Shown here piece after piece: positions 10,377 through 23,603 of a DNA stretch of 64,000 bases. Positions within the stretch are counted from its first letter, which is position 1, and every line of letters begins with the position of its first letter. The DNA is taken from NCBI GenBank assembly GCA_051892935.1, contig JBJFGS010000038.1:44477-108476 (forward strand). The letters run 5' to 3'. The translations under genes were made by a program, and so were the position numbers. The notes beneath the pieces are model-generated. The model was not told the DNA's origin. It made no database searches and worked only from the letters and a program-made list of their open reading frames with translations. This DNA is from Candidatus Coprovivens sp. (GTDB taxonomy: Bacteria; Bacillota_I; Bacilli_A; RF39; UBA660).

Positions 10377-11285
10377 CTATATTCCACCTATAGATTTATC
10401 CTCTCTAAATTCATTAACATTATTTAAAGATTCCATATATTCTTCCATAATTGAACAAAATTTGCCAGAATCAATGACTAATTTCCCATCTTTCTCTTTA
10501 CAAGCACCTTTAGAATTACAATAATCTAAAAAAGAAGCAAAATCAGTAATTCCCCTAATATTAAATTGTCTAAACAAAGACTCCATACAATCTATTCTAC
10601 TTTCTTGATTCCATCCAACATTTTTATAAGTTCCATAAACAAAAGAATCAAAGTCCATAGTATCTTCATCATATAATCTGGCAATATCTCCATAATCATA
10701 CCAATAACCACTATTATCATTGGTTCTATGAGTCTCAGAACTAACGGCTTTATAACCAGCACTAAAAGAATCATTAATATATTCAGGATTTAAAATACTA
10801 TGCATCGATGACATACTAGCAGCAAGAACAACAATAAAAGCTCCAACTGCAACTACTTCTTTAAAATTCTTTTTTACAGCATTAAGAAGCTCTTTCATAC
10901 CTTTCTTAAAAGGTTGTTCTCTCTTACGAGCCTCCTCCAATGATCTATTAACACTTTTAGCTCGTGCCCTTTCAGCCCTTTTTTTAGCAAGCATATTACG
11001 AACTTCCATAATATTATCTTCGTATACCAAAAAATCAGAGCATTTTCCATTACTTTTCCAACGAATCTCACCAAGTAATATATTATTTGGACCTAAAAAA
11101 ACATATCCAGCATCATAATTTGGATTAACTATTGGATTAAATTCTATACATGAAATATATTTAGTACTACAAGTACACTGACGAGCCAAAATATTTACTA
11201 TATCTTGGTAGTTTTTACTACTCCACATATTCATTTGTTTAACTATAATATCAGAAATATATGTAGTATTACTCATTATTACCAC
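10377..11285 (-). CDS. Hypothetical single-pass membrane protein
   Basis: N-terminal domain, basic linker, one TM, C-terminal domain; N-domain resembles that of 11349..12359. Confidence 0.7.
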   Translation of the reverse strand: MVIMSNTTYISDIIVKQMNMWSSKNYQDIVNILARQCTCSTKYISCIEFNPIVNPNYDAGYVFLGPNNILLGEIRWKSNGKCSDFLVYEDNIMEVRNMLAKKRAERARAKSVNRSLEEARKREQPFKKGMKELLNAVKKNFKEVVAVGAFIVVLAASMSSMHSILNPEYINDSFSAGYKAVSSETHRTNDNSGYWYDYGDIARLYDEDTMDFDSFVYGTYKNVGWNQESRIDCMESLFRQFNIRGITDFASFLDYCNSKGACKEKDGKLVIDSGKFCSIMEEYMESLNNVNEFREDKSIGGI

Positions 11286-11348
11286 TCCCTATTATAAATA
11301 TACTACAATAAAATAAGATAGTCAAAAAAATAAGTGAATATAATTCAC

Positions 11349-12359
11349 TTATTTCCCTTTTACATTTTCATTAATAAAATCATCTAAATGTTCTTCACTA
11401 ACATATGTTTCTCCATTAATAATTCTAGCATCCAATGGCAAATTACTAATAGAATAATCATTACCAGGAACATCAACAGCCTTAACATAAACAGTATATT
11501 TAATATCTCCACCCGGTAATAATATATTACCATTATTATCGTAAGATTCACCAAATAAACCGCTAGAAACTACTCTATTACCATTTTGATCATATACAAC
11601 AGCATCAGCATATGGAGAATCATCAAATGTCGTAAATCTAAAATAACTATCTTCTAAAGCTTCATCAAATAAATAACAATCATTTCTAAACTCATTATGA
11701 TAAGTATCTTTCAAATTACCATTTACTGAAGATGGTAATCCAGACTCAACTTGATCAATATATCCATAATACTGAATCATAGCATCATTATAAAAATTAT
11801 TTTTTAAATAATTAGCCGAATCCAAAATAGAATCATGATTAGCAATAGATGCTTCTTTCATAACTCGACCAATTGCATATCTAGCCCAAGAAGATAATAC
11901 TAAATCATTAGCACTAACTATTGTATTAGCATGTTCATTAACATATGATGTTGAAGAATCAACTGCTGAAGTTTTAATAACAAATGTTGATGCTAAAGCA
12001 AGTAATAAAGACCCACCAACAACAAAAGCACAAACTCTCCTTTTTTGTAGTTTAAACTTTTTACGACGTGGTGCTCTGTTCTTTTCTTCTTGTTCTCTTT
12101 TTAAAATGCTTTCTTTAGCTCCTTCATGATAATTAAAATTTCTATATTTACCTTGTTGATGCATAAAAGTTAAATCACCAATAGAAATACCATATTTTCC
12201 CTTAAATATATATCCATGTTCATTTTCTTCAATACGAATAACTTCAATTCCCATTGCTCTTTTTATATTTTCAGAAATTCTATTTAAAGATTCAGAAGTT
12301 AATTTATAACGATTAGTATAAACAAAATTTATATCACTATCACTCATAATTATCACCAT
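11349..12359 (-). CDS. Hypothetical single-pass membrane protein
   Basis: Same architecture as 10377..11285. Confidence 0.7.
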   Translation of the reverse strand: MVIIMSDSDINFVYTNRYKLTSESLNRISENIKRAMGIEVIRIEENEHGYIFKGKYGISIGDLTFMHQQGKYRNFNYHEGAKESILKREQEEKNRAPRRKKFKLQKRRVCAFVVGGSLLLALASTFVIKTSAVDSSTSYVNEHANTIVSANDLVLSSWARYAIGRVMKEASIANHDSILDSANYLKNNFYNDAMIQYYGYIDQVESGLPSSVNGNLKDTYHNEFRNDCYLFDEALEDSYFRFTTFDDSPYADAVVYDQNGNRVVSSGLFGESYDNNGNILLPGGDIKYTVYVKAVDVPGNDYSISNLPLDARIINGETYVSEEHLDDFINENVKGK

Positions 12360-12430
12360 TACAGTAATAAAACTGTCCTTACTATAAAATTATATAATAA
12401 AAAATATCTATTTTCAACAAAAGAAGAAAA

Positions 12431-13726
12431 TTAATTTTCTTCTTTTATCGCCTCAACATATTCAGTAAAAGCCTCCTTAATAAGAACATCATAGCAAACA
12501 TTACTTTCTAATATATTATCTACAACAACTTTTAAGAAATTTTGAGTATGACCAATAGATTTACCATTAACTATTTCTTCTATTAATACACTAACTTTTT
12601 TACCAACAAATTTTTTATTATAAGAAAGTTGTAAATCTTCATCTATTTCTATTAATTTACGAGCTCTATTTTTCTTAATTTCATTAGATATATGACCACT
12701 CATCATAGCAGCTTTTGTCCCTTCTCTTTTAGAGTAAGGGAATACATGAATCTTACTAAAACCAACTTCCTTACAATATGAAACACATTCCCTAAATTCT
12801 TCTTCTGTTTCTGTTGGGAAACCTACTATAACATCAGTAGTTAAATTTATTTCAGGACGAGCAGCTCTTAATTTATTAATTTTATCTAAATATTCCTCTT
12901 TTGTATATTTTCTATTCATAATTTTAAGTATTCTTTCACTACCAGATTGAAGCGAAACATGTAAGTGAGCACATAATTTATTATTGTTAGCCATTTCTTT
13001 AATAAACTTATCATCTATTTCAGTAATCTCAATACTTGATATTCTAATTCTTTCTAATCCATCAATTTTAGATACTTCTCTTATCAAATCTGTTAAATCA
13101 TATTTACCAGTTTCTTTACCATAAGCACCAGTATTAATACCAGTAAAAACAATTTCTTTATGACCTTTATTAACTAAAGAAATAACTTCGCTTACAACTT
13201 CATCAAAATCTTTACTTCTAATACTTCCCCTAACATAAGGAATAATACAATAAGAACAATAATTATTACAACCATCCTGAATTTTAACATAAGCTCTTGT
13301 TAAATCATTAAATTCTCTAACACTCATTTCTTCAAATGGCAAACGTCTACTATCATAGAACTTAATATATTTTTCTTTACTATTAACATAATCTTCAATC
13401 AAACTTACTATTAAAGACTTTTCTTTATTTCCAATTAGAATATCAATATCCAAATCATTTAACTCTTCACGATGATTTTCCGCAGTACAACCACATACCA
13501 TCAATATACAATCACTATTATCTCTTCTGACATTTCTAATCATTTTTTTACATTTATTATCAGCTGTATTAGTAACACTACATGTATTAACTATAACAAT
13601 ATCACTACTTTTATAATCATCATTATATACATAATGATTTCTAAGTAATTGTTCTTTCATATATTCCGATTCATAAGAATTAACTTTACATCCAAAAGTT
13701 AAAATAGTAAATTTCATATACATCAC
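12431..13726 (-). CDS. mtaB: tRNA t6A37 methylthiotransferase
   Basis: TFGCKVN.YE, NTCSVT, radical SAM CNNYCSYC, HVFPYS.REGT; position downstream of dnaJ. Confidence 0.93.
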   Translation of the reverse strand: MMYMKFTILTFGCKVNSYESEYMKEQLLRNHYVYNDDYKSSDIVIVNTCSVTNTADNKCKKMIRNVRRDNSDCILMVCGCTAENHREELNDLDIDILIGNKEKSLIVSLIEDYVNSKEKYIKFYDSRRLPFEEMSVREFNDLTRAYVKIQDGCNNYCSYCIIPYVRGSIRSKDFDEVVSEVISLVNKGHKEIVFTGINTGAYGKETGKYDLTDLIREVSKIDGLERIRISSIEITEIDDKFIKEMANNNKLCAHLHVSLQSGSERILKIMNRKYTKEEYLDKINKLRAARPEINLTTDVIVGFPTETEEEFRECVSYCKEVGFSKIHVFPYSKREGTKAAMMSGHISNEIKKNRARKLIEIDEDLQLSYNKKFVGKKVSVLIEEIVNGKSIGHTQNFLKVVVDNILESNVCYDVLIKEAFTEYVEAIKEEN

Positions 13727-13778
13727 CTAATGCTAAATTATATCACAAAAAAAAGTAATCACAAAGATTACTTATAAA

Positions 13779-14402
13779 TTATTTAATTAAAGTACTTAAT
13801 AATGACTTTAATGACTTCAAAAAATACTCTTCATGTGCATAAACTTCATTAGAGCTATTACTATCTTTACTTACTAAATTAATTTTTTCGTTAATTCCTT
13901 CAAAGTTGTTATCAACTTTAAATGATCCATCATCTACCACTTTATTAGTTTTTAAACCATCACTATGTTTAATTAATTCGTCATAACTAATAATAGCTTT
14001 TTCTTCCTGTTCAGCTTCAAAAGGTGTCATTTCTATTTTTCGTTCCCTAGGTAAAGTTTCCAACTGCTTAGTAATATCTTGTAATTCATCAGCTTCAGAA
14101 ACAGCTTTAAAAGATTGAGTCAATTCTAAATAATCAGGAATTTTTAAATCAGTAATAGGAACTATTTTTGGCTTTTCGCTTGTTAAATTCTCAACTTCTT
14201 TTATCATAGAAGAATTATCAACCTTAGAAGAACATTCTTCAAAAGATTTTCTTTCCTTTAATTGGCGAGACATTTCTTTATTTTGTGTATAAATTAGAAA
14301 CACAAGTATTACAGATATAATAGTTAACAACAACATTAATAAAGCAAATATTATATCTGAACTAGATAATTCATCAATAAAATTAACTAAATACATAAAC
14401 AA
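13779..14402 (-). CDS. Hypothetical membrane-anchored protein
   Basis: N-terminal TM; E.EQEE.AIISYDEL segment. Confidence 0.7.
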   Translation of the reverse strand: MFMYLVNFIDELSSSDIIFALLMLLLTIISVILVFLIYTQNKEMSRQLKERKSFEECSSKVDNSSMIKEVENLTSEKPKIVPITDLKIPDYLELTQSFKAVSEADELQDITKQLETLPRERKIEMTPFEAEQEEKAIISYDELIKHSDGLKTNKVVDDGSFKVDNNFEGINEKINLVSKDSNSSNEVYAHEEYFLKSLKSLLSTLIK

Positions 14403-14489
14403 TGTCTCCCTTCTACTCTACCACTATATAATAACATTATTTTACGAATTAATAAATATAGTAAATAAATTTTTAAAAATAATTTTACA

Positions 14490-15794
14490 TTAAGAAACTA
14501 TTATATAAGGATTATTCTTAGTACCATTTCCCTTTATATTAGCATCAACACTTATGTTAATCACTGGTCTTATATAAGAAGGAGTCGCAATAAGTATTCC
14601 TTCTCCAATAGCACCATTAGACATAACATTCATCATAGCAATACTATTATCTGCATTTATAAAATAACTATTAGTAGTTAAATAATTTCCCGGTATATTT
14701 TTATTATATAAATAATAACTAGTATTTGGTCTATTACCAGAAGCACCTGCAAAAACAACCTCATCAACAGATAATAGCCCAACCTTCCCTCTATAAACAT
14801 TGCCAGAACAATATAAGTCAGGAGATTCATCATAAAAAACTCTTTCATAAGCAGAAGAATACGAAATATTATTAACATTTAAAGTAAACAAAGTATCAGA
14901 ACAAAAATCTCCATCAACTATATATTTACTATAAGTTCCAAGACTTGACTTTAACCAATTTTCTAAATTTGTTCTAACACTCGAATTACCAAACAAAACT
15001 AAGGAATTAACTTTAGAACTATCATCTAATGAATTAGTATTATAAGCAAAAGTATCGTTAATAACTCCATCTAATACCAATCTAACAGTACTATCACCAT
15101 TAATTCTAACAACCCTAAACAACAGCTCTCCAATCTTAACATAATTATTATCTACATTTCCTCTAAAATAATAAGTAGTTCCCTTATTATCAATTGTACT
15201 TAATAATCCTTCATTTGAAGTAGCAATTTCAGCACCAATTCTTGTTTGCGCAACATTAATATTATTATTAAGTAAAACTAAATCAGAAAAAGTCTCTGTC
15301 ACCATAGATTCATTATCTACTTTCAATAAACCCTGAAATTTAACTTTTTTATCTCCACCAACTACTATCGTATATCTAATAGTTTCATTTCCCTCTATAC
15401 AAAATAAATTAATAAGTTTATTACTAGTAACATCTTCTTCAATAGTATTCAAAACCTTATCTGAAGAATCCTTTATTTTGACTGAGATATCATCTATATT
15501 AGCTTTCTCAAAATATACAGAATAATAAACCTTAGTAGAAGAATTATTAGTAATACTTAAAACATAACTATGTTCTTTAGAATCGTTAAATTTAATTTCT
15601 TGGCCATCAGTATAATTAATAGTTAAATCACCTTCATTTAAGATAATAGCAACAGTACCATTAACTTTTTCTTCAAACTCAATATTACTTAATACAATAG
15701 CCAAAACAGTAACAACAGCAAAAAAGCTTAATAATAAAACTAAAATTAATCTATACTTATTATTTCCTTCTAGTAATTTAGTCATAAATGTCAC
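14490..15794 (-). CDS. Hypothetical surface/secreted protein
   Basis: N-terminal TM; YYFRGNVDNNYV..FRVVRINGD, VGLLS.DE, IRPVI and G.GT..NPY motifs. Confidence 0.7.
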   Translation of the reverse strand: MTFMTKLLEGNNKYRLILVLLLSFFAVVTVLAIVLSNIEFEEKVNGTVAIILNEGDLTINYTDGQEIKFNDSKEHSYVLSITNNSSTKVYYSVYFEKANIDDISVKIKDSSDKVLNTIEEDVTSNKLINLFCIEGNETIRYTIVVGGDKKVKFQGLLKVDNESMVTETFSDLVLLNNNINVAQTRIGAEIATSNEGLLSTIDNKGTTYYFRGNVDNNYVKIGELLFRVVRINGDSTVRLVLDGVINDTFAYNTNSLDDSSKVNSLVLFGNSSVRTNLENWLKSSLGTYSKYIVDGDFCSDTLFTLNVNNISYSSAYERVFYDESPDLYCSGNVYRGKVGLLSVDEVVFAGASGNRPNTSYYLYNKNIPGNYLTTNSYFINADNSIAMMNVMSNGAIGEGILIATPSYIRPVINISVDANIKGNGTKNNPYIIVS

Positions 15795-15863
15795 CCATTC
15801 TTCTAATAAAATTATATCAAATATTAATAATTCTTCAATTAAAAAAAGCTTTTTTAAAGCTTT

Positions 15864-17003
15864 TTATAAATATTTATTATAATTTTTAAATTGACTTCCA
15901 ACCTCTAAATCTGTTTTAGATAACTCTTTAAATAATTCCTTTTGTTTTCTATCCAATTTATTTGGAATTATTACATCAAGAACAACATACATATCTCCCT
16001 TTTTACTAGATGTTGGATCTTTTATTCCTTTACCACGAAGTCTTAATTGATCACCAGGTTGACTTCCTGCATCGATATCCAAAACAACAACCCCAGTCAA
16101 TGTAGGGACTTCTTTTTTACAACCTAATACAGCTTCTGTTATTGTAATTGGAACATCAATATATATATCATTATCTTTTCTTTCAAATAAAGGGTGATCC
16201 TTTACAGTAAATTCTATATAAATATCACCATTAGGACCTCCATTATAACCAGCGGCACCTTTTCCACTTATACGTAATTGATGACCTGTATCCACTCCTT
16301 CTGGAACTGTAATTTCTATATCTTTATTCTTTACAACATGACCAGAGCCACCACATTCTCTACACACATTTCTAAATGTTTTACCTTTACCATTACATTC
16401 AGGACAAGTTGATTCTGATTGAAATACTCCAAAAGGTGTTCTTTGTTGGGTTACAACTCTTCCTCTACCGCCACAAGTAGAACATGTTTCTTCCCCAGAG
16501 CCACCTTTTCCACCACATTTAGAACATTCACTATCTAAATCAATATTTATAGTTTTTTTACAACCAAAAACAGCTTCTTCAAAAGTTAATTTAACATTAA
16601 CTAATGTATCTCTACCTTTAGTAGGTCTATTTCTAGAAGATGATCTACGACCACTTCCTCCAAACATTCCACCACCAAAAATATCATCAAAGATACTTGA
16701 TAAATCAATGTCATCAGCAGAAAAGCCTCCAAAACCTCCAAAGCCACTTCCACCAAAACCACCTTGAGCAGCACCTTGAGTAAAAGCTTCATGTCCAAAT
16801 TGATCATATTGTTTACGTTTTTCTGCATCACCTAATACTGCATAAGCTTCACCAATTTCTTTAAACTTTTCTTCTGCACCAGGCTCCTTATTAATATCAG
16901 GGTGATATTGTTTAGCTAATTTTCTAAAAGCACTCTTAATTGTTTTTTCATCAGCATTTTTATCAACGCCTAACACATCATAATAATTTCTACTGCTAGC
17001 CAT
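15864..17003 (-). CDS. dnaJ: Chaperone DnaJ
   Basis: J domain HPD, G/F-rich region, four CxxCxGxG repeats. Confidence 0.97.
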   Translation of the reverse strand: MASSRNYYDVLGVDKNADEKTIKSAFRKLAKQYHPDINKEPGAEEKFKEIGEAYAVLGDAEKRKQYDQFGHEAFTQGAAQGGFGGSGFGGFGGFSADDIDLSSIFDDIFGGGMFGGSGRRSSSRNRPTKGRDTLVNVKLTFEEAVFGCKKTINIDLDSECSKCGGKGGSGEETCSTCGGRGRVVTQQRTPFGVFQSESTCPECNGKGKTFRNVCRECGGSGHVVKNKDIEITVPEGVDTGHQLRISGKGAAGYNGGPNGDIYIEFTVKDHPLFERKDNDIYIDVPITITEAVLGCKKEVPTLTGVVVLDIDAGSQPGDQLRLRGKGIKDPTSSKKGDMYVVLDVIIPNKLDRKQKELFKELSKTDLEVGSQFKNYNKYL

Positions 17004-18810
17004 TTATTTTCACCTCTTCTTGAGAATCTATTCTATAATATTCATCTATTAATTCATTAAAATAATCAATAGCGTTCTGATATACTTCTGGACTTTCCAA
17101 ATCAACTCCTAATACTTTAAAAGCATCAATTGCCCATTTATCTGAACCCAATTTCATAAATTCATAATAATTATTAAGCATCTCTTTATCTCCAGAAAGT
17201 ATCTTTCTTGCCACACTAGTAGCAACACTTACACAAATAGCATAACTATATAAATAAAAATTCATATAATAATGACTTCTAGTAACCCATGAATTACAAG
17301 CATAATTATCACATTTAACAGAAGGACCATAATATTTTTTTAAAGAACTCTTACTCTTCTTATCAAGAAAATCTTTAGTAACCATTCCACCATTTTTTAG
17401 CTCTTTATACATCTCTTGCTCAATTTTACCTTCTCTTACCGCATCAAACAAATTATTAGCAATAACACTTAACATATTTGATATACCTGCTAGTTTCTCT
17501 TCTTTATCTTTTCCGTTCTGAGCTAAATAAGAAGACAACAAACATTCATTAGTTAAAGAAACAACTTCTGCTACAATACTACCAACAAAACGATATTGTT
17601 TAGGATTATTTTCCGCAATAAATTGATGATGTACATTATGACCAGACTCATGAGCAATAGTAGAAACAGAATCTAAACTATAATTATAACTCATAAGTAT
17701 TCTAGAATCTTGTAATACAGTAGAAAAAGAATATCCACCACTACATTTACCTTTATACTGACAATAATCAATATATCTATTGTTAATTATTTTATCATAC
17801 TTTTTTAAATACTCATCGCCTAAAGGTGACAAAGCATTTCTAACTAATTGTTGGGCCTCAGGTATAGAATATTCTCTATTAGATTTAATCATTTCTAAAG
17901 ATAAATCATATCTATGTAAAACATCTAATCCCAACACATTCTTTTTTAACTCATAATATCTATGCAAAGAATCTAAATTACTTTCAGTTGTCTTAACCAA
18001 TGTTTTAAATACTTTATCACTCATATTAATACTAAACAATTTACTATCCCAAGCACTTTTAAAATGTCTAATTTTAGCTATTGTTTCATTCATACTAACA
18101 TAACTATTCAAATACATTGCATTACTATCACTATATTGAGCTAGCTTTTTATTAAATAATTTATAAACTTTCTTTCTAACATTAACATCCTTATTTCTCA
18201 TTAAAGAACGATAATTATTTACAGCTATTGTAACTACTTCTCCGTTATCTAACTTTACTTTTCCATAATCATGTTGATTATTTAATAAATTAGATGACAT
18301 ATCATCAAAATGATTCATAGAATTAACTAACTCTGTAACTATTCTTTCTTCATTAGAAGTAAGTATATGTTCTTTTTCTCTATAAGTTTTATCTAAATCA
18401 TCCCTATATTCATTCAATTTAGGATTATCAATAAATAATTTTTCATACTCATTTTTCTCAAGTTTCAATAATTCAGGAGCAAAAAAACTAGTATTCCCCA
18501 TAATAATAGCTTCTAAATTTTCGGCTTTACTTTTTCTTACTAAACTTTCTGATACACCTAATTCTTGATCATTTACCAAATGAGCATATACATATAAATC
18601 TTCCCATAAAGCTATAGTTTCAATTTGTTTATTCATAAACTCATATAGTTTATCAGCATCTTTAGTACATCCAACATATTCTTTTAATTCTAAAGCCAAT
18701 TCTGATACTTTATTGTAACACTCTTCCCATTCATCATCATTTTTAAAAAACGGAGTCAAATCCCATTTAAATTCTTCAGGAACTTCACTTCTATTATTAT
18801 ACTTTTGCAT
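16996..18810 (-). CDS. pepF: Oligoendopeptidase F (M3B)
   Basis: KWDL N-terminus, HESGH zinc motif, AEV.S..NE, H.Y..FY.Y.YA; ATG 18810 behind GAGG. Confidence 0.9.
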   Translation of the reverse strand: MQKYNNRSEVPEEFKWDLTPFFKNDDEWEECYNKVSELALELKEYVGCTKDADKLYEFMNKQIETIALWEDLYVYAHLVNDQELGVSESLVRKSKAENLEAIIMGNTSFFAPELLKLEKNEYEKLFIDNPKLNEYRDDLDKTYREKEHILTSNEERIVTELVNSMNHFDDMSSNLLNNQHDYGKVKLDNGEVVTIAVNNYRSLMRNKDVNVRKKVYKLFNKKLAQYSDSNAMYLNSYVSMNETIAKIRHFKSAWDSKLFSINMSDKVFKTLVKTTESNLDSLHRYYELKKNVLGLDVLHRYDLSLEMIKSNREYSIPEAQQLVRNALSPLGDEYLKKYDKIINNRYIDYCQYKGKCSGGYSFSTVLQDSRILMSYNYSLDSVSTIAHESGHNVHHQFIAENNPKQYRFVGSIVAEVVSLTNECLLSSYLAQNGKDKEEKLAGISNMLSVIANNLFDAVREGKIEQEMYKELKNGGMVTKDFLDKKSKSSLKKYYGPSVKCDNYACNSWVTRSHYYMNFYLYSYAICVSVATSVARKILSGDKEMLNNYYEFMKLGSDKWAIDAFKVLGVDLESPEVYQNAIDYFNELIDEYYRIDSQEEVKING

Positions 18811-18832
18811 AAGATTCCTCCATATATTGGCC

Positions 18833-18858
18833 AAAAGTTCTAGTCACCTAGAACTTTT
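18833..18858. terminator. Hairpin/terminator between dnaK and pepF
   Basis: AAAAGTTCTAG-TCAC-CTAGAACTTTT perfect inverted repeat. Confidence 0.7.
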
Positions 18859-18876
18859 ATACCATAATATTTAATT

Positions 18877-20706
<1,830 letters not shown>

Positions 20707-20723
20707 TCATCTCTTTCTAATTT

Positions 20724-21365
20724 TTATTTGCTTACTTTTACCATAGCATGTCTAATTACTTTACCTTTATAAGTATAACCTTTTTGTAATACATCTACTA
20801 CAATATTAGATTCCATATCAGGAACCTCTTCTACCATAACAGCTTCCATCGTATTTGGATCAAAAGGTTTATTAAGAATATCCATTGCTACTACTTCATA
20901 ACTTTGTAAAGTACTATTTAAATTACCATAAATCATTTTAAATCCACTCAAGAACTTACTTAATTCATCTTCTAAATTTGTATCATCCATAGTAATAGCT
21001 CTTTCAAAGTTATCAATAACTGGAAGTAATCTTTTTATCAAATCTTCACCTTCATATTTTAAAAGATTTGTTTTTTCTTCTTCCATTCTTCTTCTCATAT
21101 TTTGCATTTCTGCATTAACTCTTAAATATTTATCCTTTAAGAGAGCATTTTCTTCTTGTAGTTTTTTCTTTTCTGAATCTTCTTTTTTCTTAAAGAAAGA
21201 CTTTTTTTCATCTTTAGCCTCAGTAGTTTTATTATCCACTACATCATCAGCATTACTTTCTTCAACTTTCTTAGAAGACTCAACATTTTCTGAAACTACT
21301 TCATCTTTTACTTCAGTAGTTTCTTCTTTAACTTCTTCTACTGGAGTATTTTTATTATTTTCCAT
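20724..21365 (-). CDS. grpE: Nucleotide exchange factor GrpE
   Basis: AE..N.RRR, LLPV.DNFERA, FDPN, QKGY, R.A.V.V. Confidence 0.95.
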   Translation of the reverse strand: MENNKNTPVEEVKEETTEVKDEVVSENVESSKKVEESNADDVVDNKTTEAKDEKKSFFKKKEDSEKKKLQEENALLKDKYLRVNAEMQNMRRRMEEEKTNLLKYEGEDLIKRLLPVIDNFERAITMDDTNLEDELSKFLSGFKMIYGNLNSTLQSYEVVAMDILNKPFDPNTMEAVMVEEVPDMESNIVVDVLQKGYTYKGKVIRHAMVKVSK

Positions 21366-21424
21366 AGTTCATCTCTTTTCTATAATTAAAGAATTTATAG
21401 TAAACCAAAAATTGCTTACATAAA

Positions 21425-22423
21425 CTATTTGTCTTTATTTTTTAATTCTTCATTAATGTATTCTAGCAAACCAATTACTCTATCATATTCCATACGTTTA
21501 GGACCGACGATTGCAATTGTGCCCTCTTCGCCATTAATCTTATACTTACTTTTTATTATGGTAACATTTGGATCAAATTCATTCTCTTTTCCAATATAAA
21601 CATTAATACCATCGCCAGTTTCTTCGATTTTTCTAACCAAAGATTCATCCTCTAATTTATTAACTATCTTCTTTATCTCATCTATATTATCATATTCAGG
21701 TTGTTTTAAAATATTAGTTTTTCCACTAAAGAAGACATTAGAACTATTTTTTGTAAAATCATTAAAAGCATCATAGAAGATTTCATAAACAGTTTCATAT
21801 TGTTTAATTGTCTTACTAATAATTGGCTTTATATCAAACTCAAGTCTTTGACTAACTTCATCAATTGGCGTTCCAACCAACATCTTATTAATAATTTCAC
21901 AAGTTTTAACAAGTTCTTCCATATAAATAGTTTCAGGAATATTAAACTTCTTATTTTCTACAATACCTTTGTTAGTACAAACCAAGGCGATTACTTGATT
22001 ATTATCAAGTGGAATAATATTTACTTGTCTTAATGTATTATCTGCAGAATGAGTACCTAATACTACACTAGTATAATTCGTCATATCAGCAATAATCTCC
22101 ATACACTTAGCAATTGCATCACTTACTTGCAATTGTTGGTTATGAAATATTGTTTGTAATTTCAACATTTCTTCACCATTAAGTTCTTTTGGTTTCATTA
22201 AATTTTCAACATAATATTTGTATCCTTTTTCTGAAGGAATACGACCACTCGATACATGATTTTTTTCGACATAACCCAGTTTCTCTAAAGTAGCCATTTC
22301 ATTTCTAATAGTTGCAGAAGATAATTTAAACTTCTTACACAATGCTTGACTACCTACTGGTTTGACATTTTTAATATAAGACTCTACTATCTCTTTAAGT
22401 AGTTCTTTTTGTCTATTATCCAT
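21425..22423 (-). CDS. hrcA: Heat-inducible transcription repressor HrcA
   Basis: PVGS, SSATIRNEM, SSGRIPS.KGY, GP.RM.Y. Confidence 0.96.
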   Translation of the reverse strand: MDNRQKELLKEIVESYIKNVKPVGSQALCKKFKLSSATIRNEMATLEKLGYVEKNHVSSGRIPSEKGYKYYVENLMKPKELNGEEMLKLQTIFHNQQLQVSDAIAKCMEIIADMTNYTSVVLGTHSADNTLRQVNIIPLDNNQVIALVCTNKGIVENKKFNIPETIYMEELVKTCEIINKMLVGTPIDEVSQRLEFDIKPIISKTIKQYETVYEIFYDAFNDFTKNSSNVFFSGKTNILKQPEYDNIDEIKKIVNKLEDESLVRKIEETGDGINVYIGKENEFDPNVTIIKSKYKINGEEGTIAIVGPKRMEYDRVIGLLEYINEELKNKDK

Positions 22424-22436
22424 ATCGTCACCACCA

Positions 22437-22463
22437 TTAGCACTCTTTCTTTTTTAGTGCTAA
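22437..22463. promoter_or_regulatory. CIRCE operator
   Basis: TTAGCACTC-N9-TAGTGCTAA, one mismatch to consensus, just upstream of hrcA. Confidence 0.92.
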
Positions 22464-22467
22464 TAAT

Positions 22468-22495
22468 ATTATAACAATAAATTAGCAGATGTCAA
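22468..22495 (-). promoter_or_regulatory. Sigma-A promoter of the hrcA operon
   Basis: TTGACA (22490-22495), 16-nt spacer, TGnTATAAT (-10 at 22468-22473). Confidence 0.75.
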
Positions 22496-22567
22496 TACCA
22501 CTCTGCTAATTTTATTAATTTTTTACTAACTTTCAAATATGTTTGATATAATTAATTAAAGAAAGAT

Positions 22568-23572
22568 GTGATAACATTGGCACAAAAAAGAAAGAAAAAG
22601 AAAAAATATCGTTTACGATATGAATTTAAAAAATTTCTTGTATATTTTATCTTTTTTCTAGGTATGGGAATATACACTATTAAAGAATCTATTAAACTAT
22701 ATGAAGAATTTGAATATCAAAAAACATATGAATATAAAATAGAACAAATAGGATACTCTAAAGAAGAAACAACAAAACTAATTGAAATTCTTTCAGAAGA
22801 AAAACTAAACTTCATTCTCGATAATGAATACAATGAAATATATTATAACATCGTTACTCAAAAATATTATTTAGAAAAAAACTTTGATAAATACATCGAA
22901 TACAAAACATATCATGAAGATACATCATATGAAGACACTATCGCCATTGTTAATGTCCATGCCAATGTCGGTTGGTACAATGAAACATACCCTACCAATA
23001 TAGAAGATAATTATCTTATACTAGTAAACAAATTTTACTACTTACCAGAAAACTATGAAAGAGATGATATTGAATCAATCAGCCTACAATACTCATACGA
23101 TAATAATAAAGCAGCTTCTATTGTAATAGAAAACTTTAAAATAATGAAACAAGACATTGAAAATGAATTAGGAGTCCATTTAATGGTCAATTCATCATAT
23201 CGTCCATACAAAGACCAAGAAGAAATATATAACGAATACAAAAAGAAAAGTTTAAAATATGCTGATTCATATGCGGCAAGACCAGGGCACTCCGAACACC
23301 AAACAGGTTTATCAATCGATTTAACATCCTTAGAACATCCATATATAAATAACTCTGAAAACTCATTTGATAAATCAGAAGAATACGAATGGTTAAAAAA
23401 TAATTGCCACAAATATGGTTTTATATTAAGATATCCCGAAGGAAAAGACTATCTAACTGGATACAATACTGAAAGCTGGCATTTCAGATACGTAGGAGAA
23501 AAAGTTGCTACCCAAATATTTCAAGAAGGAATAACATTCGATGAATACTATGCTTATTATATAGAAAAATAA
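22568..23572 (+). CDS. M15B family carboxypeptidase (VanY/LdcB-like), membrane anchored
   Basis: LVNK, S.YR...Q, ARPGHSEHQTGL.ID, GFILRYP, E.WH.RYVG. Confidence 0.9.
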   Translation: MITLAQKRKKKKKYRLRYEFKKFLVYFIFFLGMGIYTIKESIKLYEEFEYQKTYEYKIEQIGYSKEETTKLIEILSEEKLNFILDNEYNEIYYNIVTQKYYLEKNFDKYIEYKTYHEDTSYEDTIAIVNVHANVGWYNETYPTNIEDNYLILVNKFYYLPENYERDDIESISLQYSYDNNKAASIVIENFKIMKQDIENELGVHLMVNSSYRPYKDQEEIYNEYKKKSLKYADSYAARPGHSEHQTGLSIDLTSLEHPYINNSENSFDKSEEYEWLKNNCHKYGFILRYPEGKDYLTGYNTESWHFRYVGEKVATQIFQEGITFDEYYAYYIEK

Positions 23573-23603
23573 AAGAACTATAACAGCTCTTTTATTTTTT
23601 TCT

